DNA of 64,000 nucleotides from an uncultured delta proteobacterium (GTDB lineage Bacteria; Desulfobacterota; Binatia; UBA9968), in the NCBI GenBank assembly GCA_963771465.1, contig CAVYTU010000008.1, positions 32,001 to 96,000 of the forward strand. Direction: 5' to 3'. Of the stretch, positions 40,707 to 51,083 are shown in pieces. The position numbers and the translations under genes were made by a program. The notes below the pieces were generated by a model. That model saw only the letters and a program-made list of their open reading frames with translations. It had not been told where the DNA came from and ran no database searches. Positions within the stretch are counted from its first letter, which is position 1. Each line of letters starts with the position of its first letter.

Positions 40707-42455
40707 TCACGCCAAAGGATTCTTGCAGATCACGTTCAGCAGCGCCTGCCGCCTTTCCTCTTTCACCACCTTCAAGGCTTTCGCGATCGCATCAGGCAAC
40801 TGATCGGGTTCATCAACTCGCGCCGCGTAGGCGCCGCAGGCTTGCGCGGTCAATTCGAAGTTCGGCGACGGGCTCAAGTCCGTGCCGGGGAAATTGCGCG
40901 TCCTGGCCGCGACGCCGTCGGGGAACAGCCCGCGCGCGGCATTCAAGCTCGCGTTCCATACTTGGTTATTGTAAATGACCGTCAAGAACGGAATCTGATA
41001 TTTCTGGGCGGTGAAGTGGCATGCCGTCGGCGCGCAGAACATGTACGAGCCGTCGCCCTCGGCGGCGATCACGGTGGCGTCCGGCGCACCGAGCTTCATG
41101 CCGATCGCCGCGCCCAAACCCCAGCCAAGATGGCCGGCGAGCGGCGTATTGAACATCGAACCGGGCCGATTCAGGTGAATCACTTCGGCCAGTTTCGACG
41201 TGATCGTCTCGTTGGCGATGATCGTTTTGTCATCCATCGCAGCGCCGATACACTTCGACAGCCAATAGGGATGAATCGGATTCTGATGCTTGACCGCTTC
41301 GACGCTCGCGTCCATTTCGTTGATCACCGCTGTGTGTTCCGCTTCGATCTTTCGCCGCCGCTCCTCAAGCTTAGCTTTCATCAGCTTATTCGCCCCAAGC
41401 TTATCGCGAATAATCGCAGTTAGCGCTGGCAACGACACGTCGGAGCAACCGGTGATCGGCAAATCTGCCGGAAAACCCCAACCAGGAATGCCGGTGAACA
41501 GCGGATCGCGCTCTAGGTGGATAATCCTCACCCCGTCGCGCAGCACGCTTCGGCTCGGCGGCTCCCACGGCACGTCGGTGTCGATGAAAAACAGCACGTC
41601 GGAATTTTTCACGTATTTGGTTATCTGCGTGCCGAGATAGAGCGGGTGATCGGTGGGGAAATTAACATGCGTCAGCTGCTGCACCACCGGGATCGCCAGC
41701 AATTCGGCAAGCTCGACCAGATATTGTACGGCTTCGGGATTGCGCCCGAGATATTTCGTCACGATCAGCGGACTCTCGGCGCCGATCAGCCACTCGGCGG
41801 TTTTCTCCAGCGAAGCCTGATCCGCCTGCGCCTTGGTTGCCGGCGCCAACGCGTCCGCAGTGAGCACCTGTGTCGACTCCAGCGCTTCGGCGAGCCACTC
41901 GCGCGGCAAAGTCATATACACCGGACCGCGCGGCTCGCTCATGGCGATCTTGTAGGCGCGCGAAACCACGGCGGCGAGATTCTGGTTGGTGCGAATTTCG
42001 TAGTCCCATTTGACGAACTCGCGTACGATGTTGCCTTGATCGCGCGACTCCTGGCGCCAGTGAATATTTTGACTTTTGCCACCGCGCAGCTCGCCCTCGG
42101 TGATCGGCGTCCGCCCGGCGCAGAGAAATAGCGGCACATTGCACGACGCAGCGTTGATCACGCCCCCTAGCGCATTGGCTGTGCCTGGCAGTGTATGAAC
42201 GAGCACCATCTGCGGCTGCTGTGTGACATTGTAATAACCATGCGCCATCGATACCGCCGCTTGTTCGTGCGGCACAACGATGGGCCGGATATCGCGCGGA
42301 TCTTCACCCGCCGTGCGCGCCATCGCTTCAATCAGCGGGCCGTGATCGGTGCCGGTGTTGGCGAACATGTAGCGCACCGAGCCGAGCGCGCGCATTTGCG
42401 CGAGAAAAGCTTCCGCGCCGGTTGAAACTGCAACCGTCGTGTTTGGTGTCGTCAT
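40707..42455 (-). CDS. Thiamine diphosphate-dependent enzyme, paralog of the downstream gene
   Basis: FANTGTD, PHEQAAVSMAHGY, IHWRQE.RDQG and GDGSYMF...NN motifs. Confidence 0.9.
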   Translation of the reverse strand: MTTPNTTVAVSTGAEAFLAQMRALGSVRYMFANTGTDHGPLIEAMARTAGEDPRDIRPIVVPHEQAAVSMAHGYYNVTQQPQMVLVHTLPGTANALGGVINAASCNVPLFLCAGRTPITEGELRGGKSQNIHWRQESRDQGNIVREFVKWDYEIRTNQNLAAVVSRAYKIAMSEPRGPVYMTLPREWLAEALESTQVLTADALAPATKAQADQASLEKTAEWLIGAESPLIVTKYLGRNPEAVQYLVELAELLAIPVVQQLTHVNFPTDHPLYLGTQITKYVKNSDVLFFIDTDVPWEPPSRSVLRDGVRIIHLERDPLFTGIPGWGFPADLPITGCSDVSLPALTAIIRDKLGANKLMKAKLEERRRKIEAEHTAVINEMDASVEAVKHQNPIHPYWLSKCIGAAMDDKTIIANETITSKLAEVIHLNRPGSMFNTPLAGHLGWGLGAAIGMKLGAPDATVIAAEGDGSYMFCAPTACHFTAQKYQIPFLTVIYNNQVWNASLNAARGLFPDGVAARTRNFPGTDLSPSPNFELTAQACGAYAARVDEPDQLPDAIAKALKVVKEERRQALLNVICKNPLA

Positions 42456-42636
42456 TATTTGCTCCTTCGAAGATGAAAATTATGCGGGAATAGAATCGAA
42501 CCTCGGCGTAGCGCCGCTAAAACGGCCTAACTCTGTCAGGAGTCGGATAAGTTTGCAACGCGAATTTTGATTCGCTTTTCGCGGACAGTGAATTGACTTT
42601 GCATCACCCCTGCCGCAATGATCGAAGCTTCGAGCC

Positions 42637-43809
42637 ATGACGACCAGCGACGCAACGGGAGCCGAATCCCAGAAGAATCCGTGGCTCAAGGATTTCTCGC
42701 TTACCTGGCTTAGCCGCTTCGGGGTTTTTCTCGCGCACCATGTTACGCGGCCGCTGATCCCGCTCTATTTGATCACTTTCGGCGCGTCATCGACCGTGAT
42801 TGGTGCGGTGATGGCAGTGTTCACAGTGACCGCAACGGCGATGCGTATCCCGATCGGCTTGTATATCGATAAAATTGGCCGCAAACCCTTCTTACTCTAC
42901 GGCATTGTTTTTTTCGCGGTTGGCAAGCTTGGTTATCTCTGGGCGCCGTCGATTCTGCTGATGTTGCCGTTTCGCGTGCTGCACGGGCTGGGTTGGTCCG
43001 GTTGCACCACGGCAGTGTCGACGATATCCGCCGACATCGTGCCACCGGCTCGCCGCGGCGAACTGATGGGTTACGCCGCTATGGCGAGCAGCTTGGCTTC
43101 AGCCTTGGGACCCGTGCTCGGCTTCGCGCTCTATCACCGTTACCAATTTACCGGCGTCTTTCTCGGCGCCGGCGCCGTACTCATCTTGAGTTTCCTGTTT
43201 GCCCTGCCAGTTTCAGAACCGCAACGACCGCAAAGTACGCCGAAAAAATCCGACCGCGCGCTCGACAACATCATGGTGAAAGAATCAATCGACCCAGCCA
43301 TCGGCGTAGCCTTTCTCTCATTCGGCCACGGCGGCATACTGACCTTTCTACCGATCCACGCTTTGCAAATCGGCCTGGCCAATCCCGGCATTTGGTTCGG
43401 AATCTACGCGGTATGCATCCTACTCAGCCGACCCATCGCCGGGCCGATCTCGGACAAAGTGAGCCGACACGCCGTGATCATCCCTGGACTCATGCTGAAC
43501 ATCGCCGGCATCCTGCTTCTCGCCTTTTCGACGTCGTCGAACTGGTTAATCGCGGCGGCGATCATCGGCGGCTTCGGCACCGGCGCGGCACAGCCGGCAT
43601 TGATGACTCTCGCCGTCGACCAGAGCAGCGCCGAGCGACGCGGCCAGTCCCTGGCGCAGTTTCAATTTTTCTACGATCTCGGCATCGGCATCGGCTCCTT
43701 GACCCTCGGCGCGTTACTTGATTTGGTCAACCAAAGTTTTCTAATCATGTACCTCGTCACCGCCGGCGTGGCGCTGATCGGCCTGTGGATCAATTGGCGA
43801 GAACAATAA
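42637..43809 (+). CDS. MFS transporter
   Basis: About 12 hydrophobic segments, DKIGRK MFS motif A, RRGE.MG. Confidence 0.88.
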   Translation: MTTSDATGAESQKNPWLKDFSLTWLSRFGVFLAHHVTRPLIPLYLITFGASSTVIGAVMAVFTVTATAMRIPIGLYIDKIGRKPFLLYGIVFFAVGKLGYLWAPSILLMLPFRVLHGLGWSGCTTAVSTISADIVPPARRGELMGYAAMASSLASALGPVLGFALYHRYQFTGVFLGAGAVLILSFLFALPVSEPQRPQSTPKKSDRALDNIMVKESIDPAIGVAFLSFGHGGILTFLPIHALQIGLANPGIWFGIYAVCILLSRPIAGPISDKVSRHAVIIPGLMLNIAGILLLAFSTSSNWLIAAAIIGGFGTGAAQPALMTLAVDQSSAERRGQSLAQFQFFYDLGIGIGSLTLGALLDLVNQSFLIMYLVTAGVALIGLWINWREQ

Positions 43810-43841
43810 AGTTGTTAACACGTGCACGACGTTTTTCCTGT

Positions 43842-43880
43842 CCCCTCGCTCATGAAATGGGAGAGGGCTAGGGTGAGGGT
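43842..43880. repeat. REP-like element (CCCTC...GGGAGAGGGCTAGGGTGAGGG family)
   Basis: CCCCTCGCTCATGAAATGGGAGAGGGCTAGGGTGAGGG between the MFS gene and tatD. Confidence 0.55.
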
Positions 43881-43888
43881 TCCTTTTC

Positions 43889-44671
43889 ATGCTCATCGAC
43901 GCCCACGTCCACCTGGACAAATACGGCGACTTACTCGACGAAGCGCTCAAGCAAATCGAGACGGAGCGCATCTTTACCGTCGCCACCGCGATGGACATAC
44001 CTTCGTACTTGGAGCTGCGAAAGATCGGCGAACGCTCAGATCTCGTGCTGCCGACCTTCGGCATTCATCCCAGGCGCGCCACCGAATACGCCGATCGGCT
44101 GCCTGAGATCAGTCGATACATCGAGATGAGCCCGGCCATCGGCGAGATTGGCCTCGACTTTCACTGGATCAAAGATGCTTCGACCTATTCGGCGCAGCGC
44201 AAAGTTTTGGAATATTTCATCGGCGCCGCCGCCGAGCAGAACAAATTCGTCAACCTGCACACCAAAGCCGGCGAGAAGGAAATCCTCGACTTGCTAGAGA
44301 AGTACGACGTTCGTCGCGCGATCGTTCACTGGTATTCCGGCCCGCTCGATATCTTGCAAGCGATGATCGATTTTGGCTGCTACTTCACCATCGGCGTCGA
44401 AGTGCATTACTCCGATCACATCAAGGAAATCGCGAAAATGGTTCCCGAACATTTGCTGCTGACCGAAACCGACAACCCCGGCGCCCTGAAATGGTTGAAA
44501 AAAAATGACGAGATCGGAATGCCCAGGGCTATTCAAAACGTCGTCGGCAAAGTCGCCGAATTGCGGCAGACAACGCTGGAGAGGATTGAAAACATAGTTC
44601 ACGCTAACTTTTTGCGGCTCATTGCCAATGATCCGTCGCTTTTTGAAATCAGAAGTCGATTACGACCGTAG
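43889..44671 (+). CDS. tatD: TatD family hydrolase/DNase
   Basis: IDAHVHL, GIHP, AIGEIGLD, LHT, VHWYSG and LLTETDNP motifs. Confidence 0.88.
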   Translation: MLIDAHVHLDKYGDLLDEALKQIETERIFTVATAMDIPSYLELRKIGERSDLVLPTFGIHPRRATEYADRLPEISRYIEMSPAIGEIGLDFHWIKDASTYSAQRKVLEYFIGAAAEQNKFVNLHTKAGEKEILDLLEKYDVRRAIVHWYSGPLDILQAMIDFGCYFTIGVEVHYSDHIKEIAKMVPEHLLLTETDNPGALKWLKKNDEIGMPRAIQNVVGKVAELRQTTLERIENIVHANFLRLIANDPSLFEIRSRLRP

Positions 44672-44714
44672 CGATCAATTGTGGATCGTGCGAAACGCCG
44701 GACGCATCGAGTGT

Positions 44715-44980
44715 ATGTTGTAAGTGCGCCGAGAACATCGGCACGGTGAGAGTTTTGACTACCGCCGCGATTTGAATGACGTCGCCACCGCCGATCACAT
44801 TGCTGACGATCGCCGGACCGGCGAGCCCGCCGAAATTGGCCTCCCCGGCCAACATGGCTTGCACGATCACGGAGGACGCGCCTTGGTAGAACAGATCGAC
44901 ATCGAGACCATTTCTCTCGAAATGGCCGGCGTCCTTCGCCATCCACCAGGGCAAACTGGTAATCGTCATTAACAACGCGG
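44715..44980 (-). pseudogene. Fragment of an NMT1/THI5/SsuA-like substrate-binding protein
   Basis: LPWWMAKDAGHFERNGLDVDL...QAMLAGE; no signal peptide, and similarity is lost after about 85 aa. Confidence 0.55.
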
Positions 44981-45159
44981 CTACATGCCAAACTCCTCCG
45001 CACATAATCTGTCCTCGAAAAGTAATTGCCGGCAATCTACGCCGGCCTCACCCCATGTCAACATAAATTTCTTGAATCCACATCGGCTCGCTGCACCTGG
45101 CATCTTGCGGCGATATTTGCGACAAACACATGAACGATCTGAACTCGGGAGGAAGCCTT

Positions 45160-46071
45160 ATGTCCGAACATACGTGGGAGTCATTCGTTGCCAGCCTTTT
45201 GGCGCTTGGCGTCGATGCCTTACAGGCGCTATTCCGCATCGGCATCATCGTCGCCGCCGGATACGTGATGATCAAACTATTGCGCGCCGGATTCGGCCGG
45301 CTGGAAAACTTTTTGATCCATGCCACCCAGAAGAGCGAACGTGTCCCCGGCGCCGCCGGTCAACGCATTAAGACGTTGGCCAGCGTGCTATGGACCATCG
45401 CCAGGGGCTTTCTCTGGTTCATCATTGTCTTGATCGTGCTTAGCCAGTTCGGCGTCAACGTCGGCCCCATCCTCGCCGGCGCCGGCGTCTTTGGGCTAGC
45501 AGCGGGTTTCGGCGCACAGCACCTAGTGCGCGATTTGGTCAGCGGATTTTTTCTGTTGCTGGAAAACCAGATTCGCGTCGGCGACATCGCGATCATCAAC
45601 GGCACGTCTGGACTAGTGGAAGCAGTAACGTTTAGAACCGTTGTTCTGCGCGATCAAGCCGGCGTGGTTCATGTTTTTCCCAACGGATTGATTAATACCC
45701 TAGCCAACGCCACCATGGACTGGTCCGCTTACGTCATCGACGTAACCGTGTCCTACAAAGAGGATACCGACCGAGTGACCGGGATCATGCACCGGGTCGC
45801 CGAAGAAATGAGGAACGAAACCGGCTATCGCCCGCTGATGATCGAACCGATCGAGATTTTCGGCGTCGATAATTTTTCTGAAAGTACCGTGACGATCAAA
45901 GCACGCCTCAAAACCCAACCGTCGCAGCAATACACCATCGGCCGCGAATACCGCCGCCGCCTCAAAAAAGCCTTCGACACCGAAGAGATTGGAATCCTTG
46001 CGGCGCGCGACACGTCGGCGCGACCCGCGCCGGCAACACCATTGCCGTTAGCAAAACCTCCTCAAGATTGA
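45160..46071 (+). CDS. Small-conductance mechanosensitive channel (MscS/YbiO-like)
   Basis: GFGAQHLVRDLVSGFF, ENQIRVGD, GLVEAVTFR and HVFPNG motifs; GGAGG RBS. Confidence 0.9.
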   Translation: MSEHTWESFVASLLALGVDALQALFRIGIIVAAGYVMIKLLRAGFGRLENFLIHATQKSERVPGAAGQRIKTLASVLWTIARGFLWFIIVLIVLSQFGVNVGPILAGAGVFGLAAGFGAQHLVRDLVSGFFLLLENQIRVGDIAIINGTSGLVEAVTFRTVVLRDQAGVVHVFPNGLINTLANATMDWSAYVIDVTVSYKEDTDRVTGIMHRVAEEMRNETGYRPLMIEPIEIFGVDNFSESTVTIKARLKTQPSQQYTIGREYRRRLKKAFDTEEIGILAARDTSARPAPATPLPLAKPPQD

Positions 46072-46237
46072 TCTCGCGCCAAAACTTTAATTTTAGAATC
46101 GCTTTCGCTTACCTTTGTGCCTTTGCGTCTCTGCGCGACATTGTTCCAAGGACACCGCGAATTCCCCTCTTTCCATTTCCGCCAAAGCGTGCAACTTTAG
46201 CCAACGACTCTGATGGCAACGGAGACAACACCTCACC

Positions 46238-47413
46238 TTGGCTGACACGTCTCATTCATTCACCCGCGATGAAATCGCACCAATCGTCGTCGTCAGTCTG
46301 ATCTCCGCGCTACGGCTGTTAGGGATATTTCTGATACTGCCGATTTTTAGCGCATACGCGGTACGCTATCCGAGTGCGTCCGCCGCGCTCGCGGGGGTCG
46401 CTTTTGGAATCTACGCGCTGGTGCAGTGCATCTGCCAAATCCCCCTCGGTTGGGCCAGCGACCGCTGGGGGCGTAAGCCGGTTCTAATCATCGGTCTCGC
46501 GCTCTTCTGTTTGGGCAGCGTCGCTTGCGCGCTGGCTGAATCCATTGGCGGCTTGATTCTCGCCCGCGCCTTGCAAGGCACGGGCGCCGTCGGCTCGGTC
46601 GCTTTTGCCGCCCTCGCCGATCTCACCCGCCCAAGCGTGCGCGCCCAGGCCTACACGATCACCGGCATCGCCATCGGCGCGTCGTTTATGATCGGCCTGC
46701 TCGCTGGGCCATTTCTAGCAGCGCACTTCGGTTTGAGCGGCCTGTTCTACGTGCTCGCGTTTCTCGGCTTACTCTCGCTGATCCTGGCGGCGTTTTCCTT
46801 TCCGCCGGAGCGGCGTGGCGATCGCAGCGACACGCCGATGACGCTCAGACCTATTCTCATGAACAGCCGCCTGCGGCCAATCTTCGTAGCAACATTCGCG
46901 CTCTCGTTTGCATTGAATCTGTTTTTCTTTACCTATCCGCTCAGTTGGACCGAGATCGGTTTCGATAAGGCGCAGTTGTGGAAAGTTTATCTAATCATTT
47001 TCTTGCCCAGCGTTTTGCTTGTCTTCCCGTATATGCGCCGGGCGGAGAAAGACGGCCGCTTTCGCCGGCCCATTATGCTCGGCTGGTTAAGTGCGACGAT
47101 AGGCTACGCGGTTTATCTTTTTGGCGCGCAGATCGAGCTGCTGCTTTACGTCAGCGGCGCGGCGTTTTTCTTCGGCTACAGCGTCTACCAACCGATCCTG
47201 CCGGCGTTTCTGACCCAGCAAGTTCCCGTCGCCGGCCGCGGCACGGCTAGCGGCGTCTATAATTTTTTCGGCTTTATCGGTTCGTCTCTCGGCGGCATGC
47301 TTGGCGGCGCGCTGCTACAGTTCTCGCCATCGCTTCCCGAACTTTTCGGCGTTGCTATGCTGATCGCTTGGTATTTCTTCGGATTGCCAGTCCCGCCGGA
47401 AAATAATTCTTGA
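46238..47413 (+). CDS. MFS transporter (YajR-like)
   Basis: LRLLGIFLILP, SDRWGRKP, RALQGTGAVG and LADLT motifs. Confidence 0.85.
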   Translation: MADTSHSFTRDEIAPIVVVSLISALRLLGIFLILPIFSAYAVRYPSASAALAGVAFGIYALVQCICQIPLGWASDRWGRKPVLIIGLALFCLGSVACALAESIGGLILARALQGTGAVGSVAFAALADLTRPSVRAQAYTITGIAIGASFMIGLLAGPFLAAHFGLSGLFYVLAFLGLLSLILAAFSFPPERRGDRSDTPMTLRPILMNSRLRPIFVATFALSFALNLFFFTYPLSWTEIGFDKAQLWKVYLIIFLPSVLLVFPYMRRAEKDGRFRRPIMLGWLSATIGYAVYLFGAQIELLLYVSGAAFFFGYSVYQPILPAFLTQQVPVAGRGTASGVYNFFGFIGSSLGGMLGGALLQFSPSLPELFGVAMLIAWYFFGLPVPPENNS

Positions 47414-47462
47414 CGCGTCGAGCGAGCGTTGCACCGATATCGGCCTTAGTGTAGTCACAACC

Positions 47463-47864
47463 ATGAGGAAGCCTATGAACCGACGCCAATCGTTTGCGTG
47501 CCTAAGTTATTTTCTAATCGCAGTCATGCTAGTCGCCTGCGGCGGTTCGCGTGACGAAACCATTTCCGGGGTAACAATCCCCGTGCCCAGCGCGATGAAA
47601 AAAGGCACAGAGAAACCCGTTGAGATAGCCATCCTCGGCTTCGGCGCCGGCCAAACAACATTTCACGGCAGCATGGAAATCGACAAACTGGTCGAGTTTT
47701 ACAAAAAGGAAATGCCGGCACGCGGCTGGCATGCGAGCATGAATCTCTTGAGCGGCGGCGCCATGCTCGCCTACAGCAAAGACGCAAAGTCGCTGCTAAT
47801 CGGCATCAGCAAACAGAGCGGCGAGACCGTCTTGTCATTAACCGTCAGCGGTGTCGGTAAATAA
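47463..47864 (+). CDS. Hypothetical lipoprotein
   Basis: Lipobox LVAC; FYKKEMPARGW motif. Confidence 0.7.
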   Translation: MRKPMNRRQSFACLSYFLIAVMLVACGGSRDETISGVTIPVPSAMKKGTEKPVEIAILGFGAGQTTFHGSMEIDKLVEFYKKEMPARGWHASMNLLSGGAMLAYSKDAKSLLIGISKQSGETVLSLTVSGVGK

Positions 47865-47920
47865 TAGAGGACAGAGGATCGCAAGCTTCGACCCGCCATC
47901 AGCCATCCTCGACCCTCAGC
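47865..47920. repeat. GAGGAT/ATCCTCG heptamer-type palindromic element
   Basis: AGAGGACAGAGGATCG...GCCATCCTCGACCCTC between convergent genes. Confidence 0.45.
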
Positions 47921-47923
47921 GCT

Positions 47924-48790
47924 TCAATCCTTACCCAGCGAGACGGCAAAGATCCCCGCAACCACCAACGCCGCGCCGGCGAGTTTTTGTTTGGTCACAC
48001 TTTCGATTTGCCGCGCCATGAACGGCGTCAAGATCGATACGAACACGGTGTAACTATTCACCAGCGGCGCGACGATCGAAACCCGCTCCATGCTGTAGGC
48101 GACGTACATGAAGAGAAACGACCCGCCCGTGAAGATCCCCGATGAAACGAACCAACGTGCTACGTGAGGCGGCGGCAAGACAAACGGTTGTTTCTGGAAA
48201 TAACGCGTGATGAGAAAAATCTCGATGGTCGATGTCAGCGCCGCGATCCCGGCGGCGAGAATCGGTTGTCCGTTGCCTTCGGCTAAACCCCAGCGCACTG
48301 CGATATCCTTGCCGGAAAAGAGCAGCGCGCAGAGAAACGGAAAAATCAACTCGATCCGATCGTAAGAAGTTTTTTCGCCGCCCAAAGAAACGACGATCAA
48401 TCCGCCAACGGTCAGCCCCACGCCGGCCAATACCAGCAGGCTCGGCCGCTCACCGAGAATGACAATCGCCAACAGCGTGGAAAACATTGGAGTCGTATTA
48501 ACAATCGTCGACGTAATGGAACTGCCCAAGGTACGAATGCCGCGAAAACTCAAAACGCGGGTCACGCCGGGCACGAATAAACCGACCGCGACATAGATTA
48601 GGTTGTCGGCGACCCACAGCCGAGTTTCCCCTTCGACGATAAAATGAAACGCCAACAGGAACAGCGCATTAAAAACAATCGTGATCCACGCACCCCAGGG
48701 GGCCGGCGCAATATAGTAGCCGCGCTGGGCCAACAGGCTGGCAATGGCGAAGCAAAGCGACGTCAATATTCCGAATAAAATCGGCAGCAC
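47924..48790 (-). CDS. EamA/DMT family transporter
   Basis: Ten TM segments in two repeats; ILGER and VSIVAPL motifs. Confidence 0.85.
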   Translation of the reverse strand: MLPILFGILTSLCFAIASLLAQRGYYIAPAPWGAWITIVFNALFLLAFHFIVEGETRLWVADNLIYVAVGLFVPGVTRVLSFRGIRTLGSSITSTIVNTTPMFSTLLAIVILGERPSLLVLAGVGLTVGGLIVVSLGGEKTSYDRIELIFPFLCALLFSGKDIAVRWGLAEGNGQPILAAGIAALTSTIEIFLITRYFQKQPFVLPPPHVARWFVSSGIFTGGSFLFMYVAYSMERVSIVAPLVNSYTVFVSILTPFMARQIESVTKQKLAGAALVVAGIFAVSLGKD

Positions 48791-48862
48791 GGCGTGGCGC
48801 GAGTTCCCTTCACGGATGTTTTCGTCTACAGTGCGTTATAGCTGAAAATCTGCTGAACTGCA

Positions 48863-49927
48863 TTGAAGCCCGCGAAGAATTCCTCCCGTATCCGTCGAAA
48901 ACTGCTCCTTTGGTACGACCGCAACAAACGCGACTTACCCTGGCGCCGCAGCCGCGATCCCTACGAAATCTGGATCTCGGAAACGATGCTGCAACAAACC
49001 CAGGTCAAAACGGTTCTGCCTTACTACGAGAAATTTCTCCGCGCATTTCCGACCCTGGGTGCGCTCGATCGCGCGCCCATCGAGAAAGTTCTCCGCCTGT
49101 GGTCCGGTCTCGGCTATTACCGGCGCGCCGAGAATCTCAAGAAGGCCGCGCGCCAGCTCACGCGCGATCACGGCGGCAAGCTGCCGCAAGACTATGCCGC
49201 GTTGCGCGAGTTGGCTGGGATTGGCGAATACACCGCCGGCGCGATTCTTAGCATCGCTTTTCAGCAACGCTATCCTGCCGTCGACGGCAACGTGCGCCGC
49301 GTGCTCGCCCGACTCATCGCTGTCAATGAAAAGACTCTGCAAGCGCGCGCAATGGCGCTCGTACCGCGCTCGCGCCCCGGTGATTTCAATCAGGCCTTGA
49401 TGGAATTGGGCGCAACGGTATGCAGCCCGAAAGAACCGCACTGCGAGCAATGCCCGCTTGCCTCGGAATGTGTTGCGCATGCGCAGAGCAGTCAAAACCT
49501 TAAGCGAGGCGCGCGCAATCAAATTAAATTCATAAACATAACTTGGCCGCTCGCCATCGTGCGCCAGCGCGGCAAAATCCTTTTGCGCCGGCGCGCCGAC
49601 AACGGATTGATGGCCCGTTTGTGGGAACTACCCGGCGGCGAAACGACGGCGCGCCGCAGCGCCATCGCCCGTTTGCGAAACGAGCTAAAGCAGCTCGGCG
49701 TGAATCCAAGACAGCTGCAATCGATCGGCGAGATTCGCCACAGCATCACACACCGGCGCATTCGAGCCCCGATCTATTTAATTAAGTGTCCGGCGGCCTC
49801 CGAACTCCGACTAGCGGAGCAACAATGGCGCTGGTTTCGCGCGCCGACAATTCCGCGCCAAGCGATCTCATCGATGACGGCAAAAGCGCTGCGGATTTTA
49901 GACCGCTATGAAAAAAGTCTTCTTTAG
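48863..49927 (+). CDS. mutY: A/G-specific adenine glycosylase
   Basis: RDLPWR, SETMLQQTQV, WSGLGYYRRA, HhH GIGEYTAGA, VDGNVRRV and Fe-S motif C-X6-C-X2-C-X5-C. Confidence 0.95.
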   Translation: MKPAKNSSRIRRKLLLWYDRNKRDLPWRRSRDPYEIWISETMLQQTQVKTVLPYYEKFLRAFPTLGALDRAPIEKVLRLWSGLGYYRRAENLKKAARQLTRDHGGKLPQDYAALRELAGIGEYTAGAILSIAFQQRYPAVDGNVRRVLARLIAVNEKTLQARAMALVPRSRPGDFNQALMELGATVCSPKEPHCEQCPLASECVAHAQSSQNLKRGARNQIKFINITWPLAIVRQRGKILLRRRADNGLMARLWELPGGETTARRSAIARLRNELKQLGVNPRQLQSIGEIRHSITHRRIRAPIYLIKCPAASELRLAEQQWRWFRAPTIPRQAISSMTAKALRILDRYEKSLL

Positions 49928-50669
49928 CAGTCTGCTCGTCACGTTGCTCGTCGGCGTCGTCGGGTACGTTTACGTGACGCTGCCCGACGTGGCGCAATTG
50001 AAGCAGAAAAATCCCAAAAGTACGGCGCTGATGGAGCTACGCGACGAGGAGTACAAAAAGAAAAACCTCCGCGCCGCGCGCCAGCAAATCTGGGTTTCCT
50101 ACGGGGCAATCTCAGAGCATTTGAAGAAAGCGGTTTTAATCAGCGAAGACGCCGCATTTTTCAGCCACAAGGGCGTCGATGTAAACGAGTTCAAAGCGGC
50201 GCTCAAGAGAGACTGGGAAACTTTGAGTTTTTCCCGCGGCGGCAGCACGATTACCATGCAGCTGGCGAAAAATCTGTATTTGACGCCGTCGAAAAATCCG
50301 CTGCGCAAGGCAAAAGAAATCGTCATCGCACATCAGCTCGAGCGAGCGCTCTCCAAGCGGCGCATTTTTGAAATTTATTTGAACGTCGTTGAGTGGGGCC
50401 GCAATATTTACGGTATCGAGGCGGCGGCGCGTCACTACTTTGGGAAATCCGCCGGCGCCCTCGAACCTCTCGAAGCCGCAACTTTGGCGGCACTGCTACC
50501 CAGCCCGCTTAAATCCCAGGATCGGAGTATTCTGAACCGCCGAAATCTTATCCTCAGCCGCTTGGCCAGCGTCGGTTACCTAAGCAACGACGAGTTGCAG
50601 CAAAGCAAGCGCGCGCCGCTCTACCAGAAAGTCGAAGAAGCGGCGCCCGACTTGCCTGCCGACGAGTAA
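49908..50669 (+). CDS. mtgA: Monofunctional peptidoglycan transglycosylase
   Basis: SEDAAFFSHKGVD, GGSTITMQLAKNL, RKAKE and EIYLNVVEWG motifs. Confidence 0.92.
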   Translation: MKKVFFSSLLVTLLVGVVGYVYVTLPDVAQLKQKNPKSTALMELRDEEYKKKNLRAARQQIWVSYGAISEHLKKAVLISEDAAFFSHKGVDVNEFKAALKRDWETLSFSRGGSTITMQLAKNLYLTPSKNPLRKAKEIVIAHQLERALSKRRIFEIYLNVVEWGRNIYGIEAAARHYFGKSAGALEPLEAATLAALLPSPLKSQDRSILNRRNLILSRLASVGYLSNDELQQSKRAPLYQKVEEAAPDLPADE

Positions 50670-50758
50670 TAGCGGCACTCGCACCGGCTAACCCGCGATT
50701 TTTCACCGAGTCGGATATACCATTTGCTCGGTAAAAGCGTCTAATTCGACAGGAGAGC

Positions 50759-50992
50759 GTGAAAGGACGCAGAAAGACAATGGAAAAGACCAGCAGTTAC
50801 CGGCTCGAAACAACCCTTAGCGACTTGATCGCCGCCGCCGGCGAAGTGGCGTTTGAATACTCGGAAAACGACAAAGATGCCTTCACCCTGGCGCAATTCG
50901 CGCTAGTGGAATTGCTCCGAAAAACCACTCAGAGAGTTGGCCTTGATAAAGAATTTGAAAATATCGCGTCTCCGTCGCAACTTATCCACTAG
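50759..50992 (+). CDS. Small hypothetical protein
   Basis: AGGAG RBS and a 77-aa ORF (ETTLSDLIAA...). Confidence 0.6.
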   Translation: MKGRRKTMEKTSSYRLETTLSDLIAAAGEVAFEYSENDKDAFTLAQFALVELLRKTTQRVGLDKEFENIASPSQLIH

Positions 50993-51004
50993 ATAGTCTG
51001 CCAA

Positions 51005-51083
51005 GGGTCGAGGATGGCAAATGGAGGATCCAAGATCGCCATCGCTATTCTCGACCTCCATCCTCGATCTTCGATCCTCGACC
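51005..51083. repeat. GAGGAT/ATCCTCG heptamer palindromic element
   Basis: GGTCGAGGATGG...GGAGGATC versus CCATCCTCGATCTTCGATCCTCGACC. Confidence 0.55.

Noticed and set aside
42456-42636. TPP riboswitch upstream of the ThDP enzymes
   Set aside because: The conserved CTGAGA and downstream core elements were not found.
50711-50729. Possible sigma-54 promoter before the 77-aa gene
   Set aside because: The GG-to-GC spacing is 11 rather than the required 10 nt.
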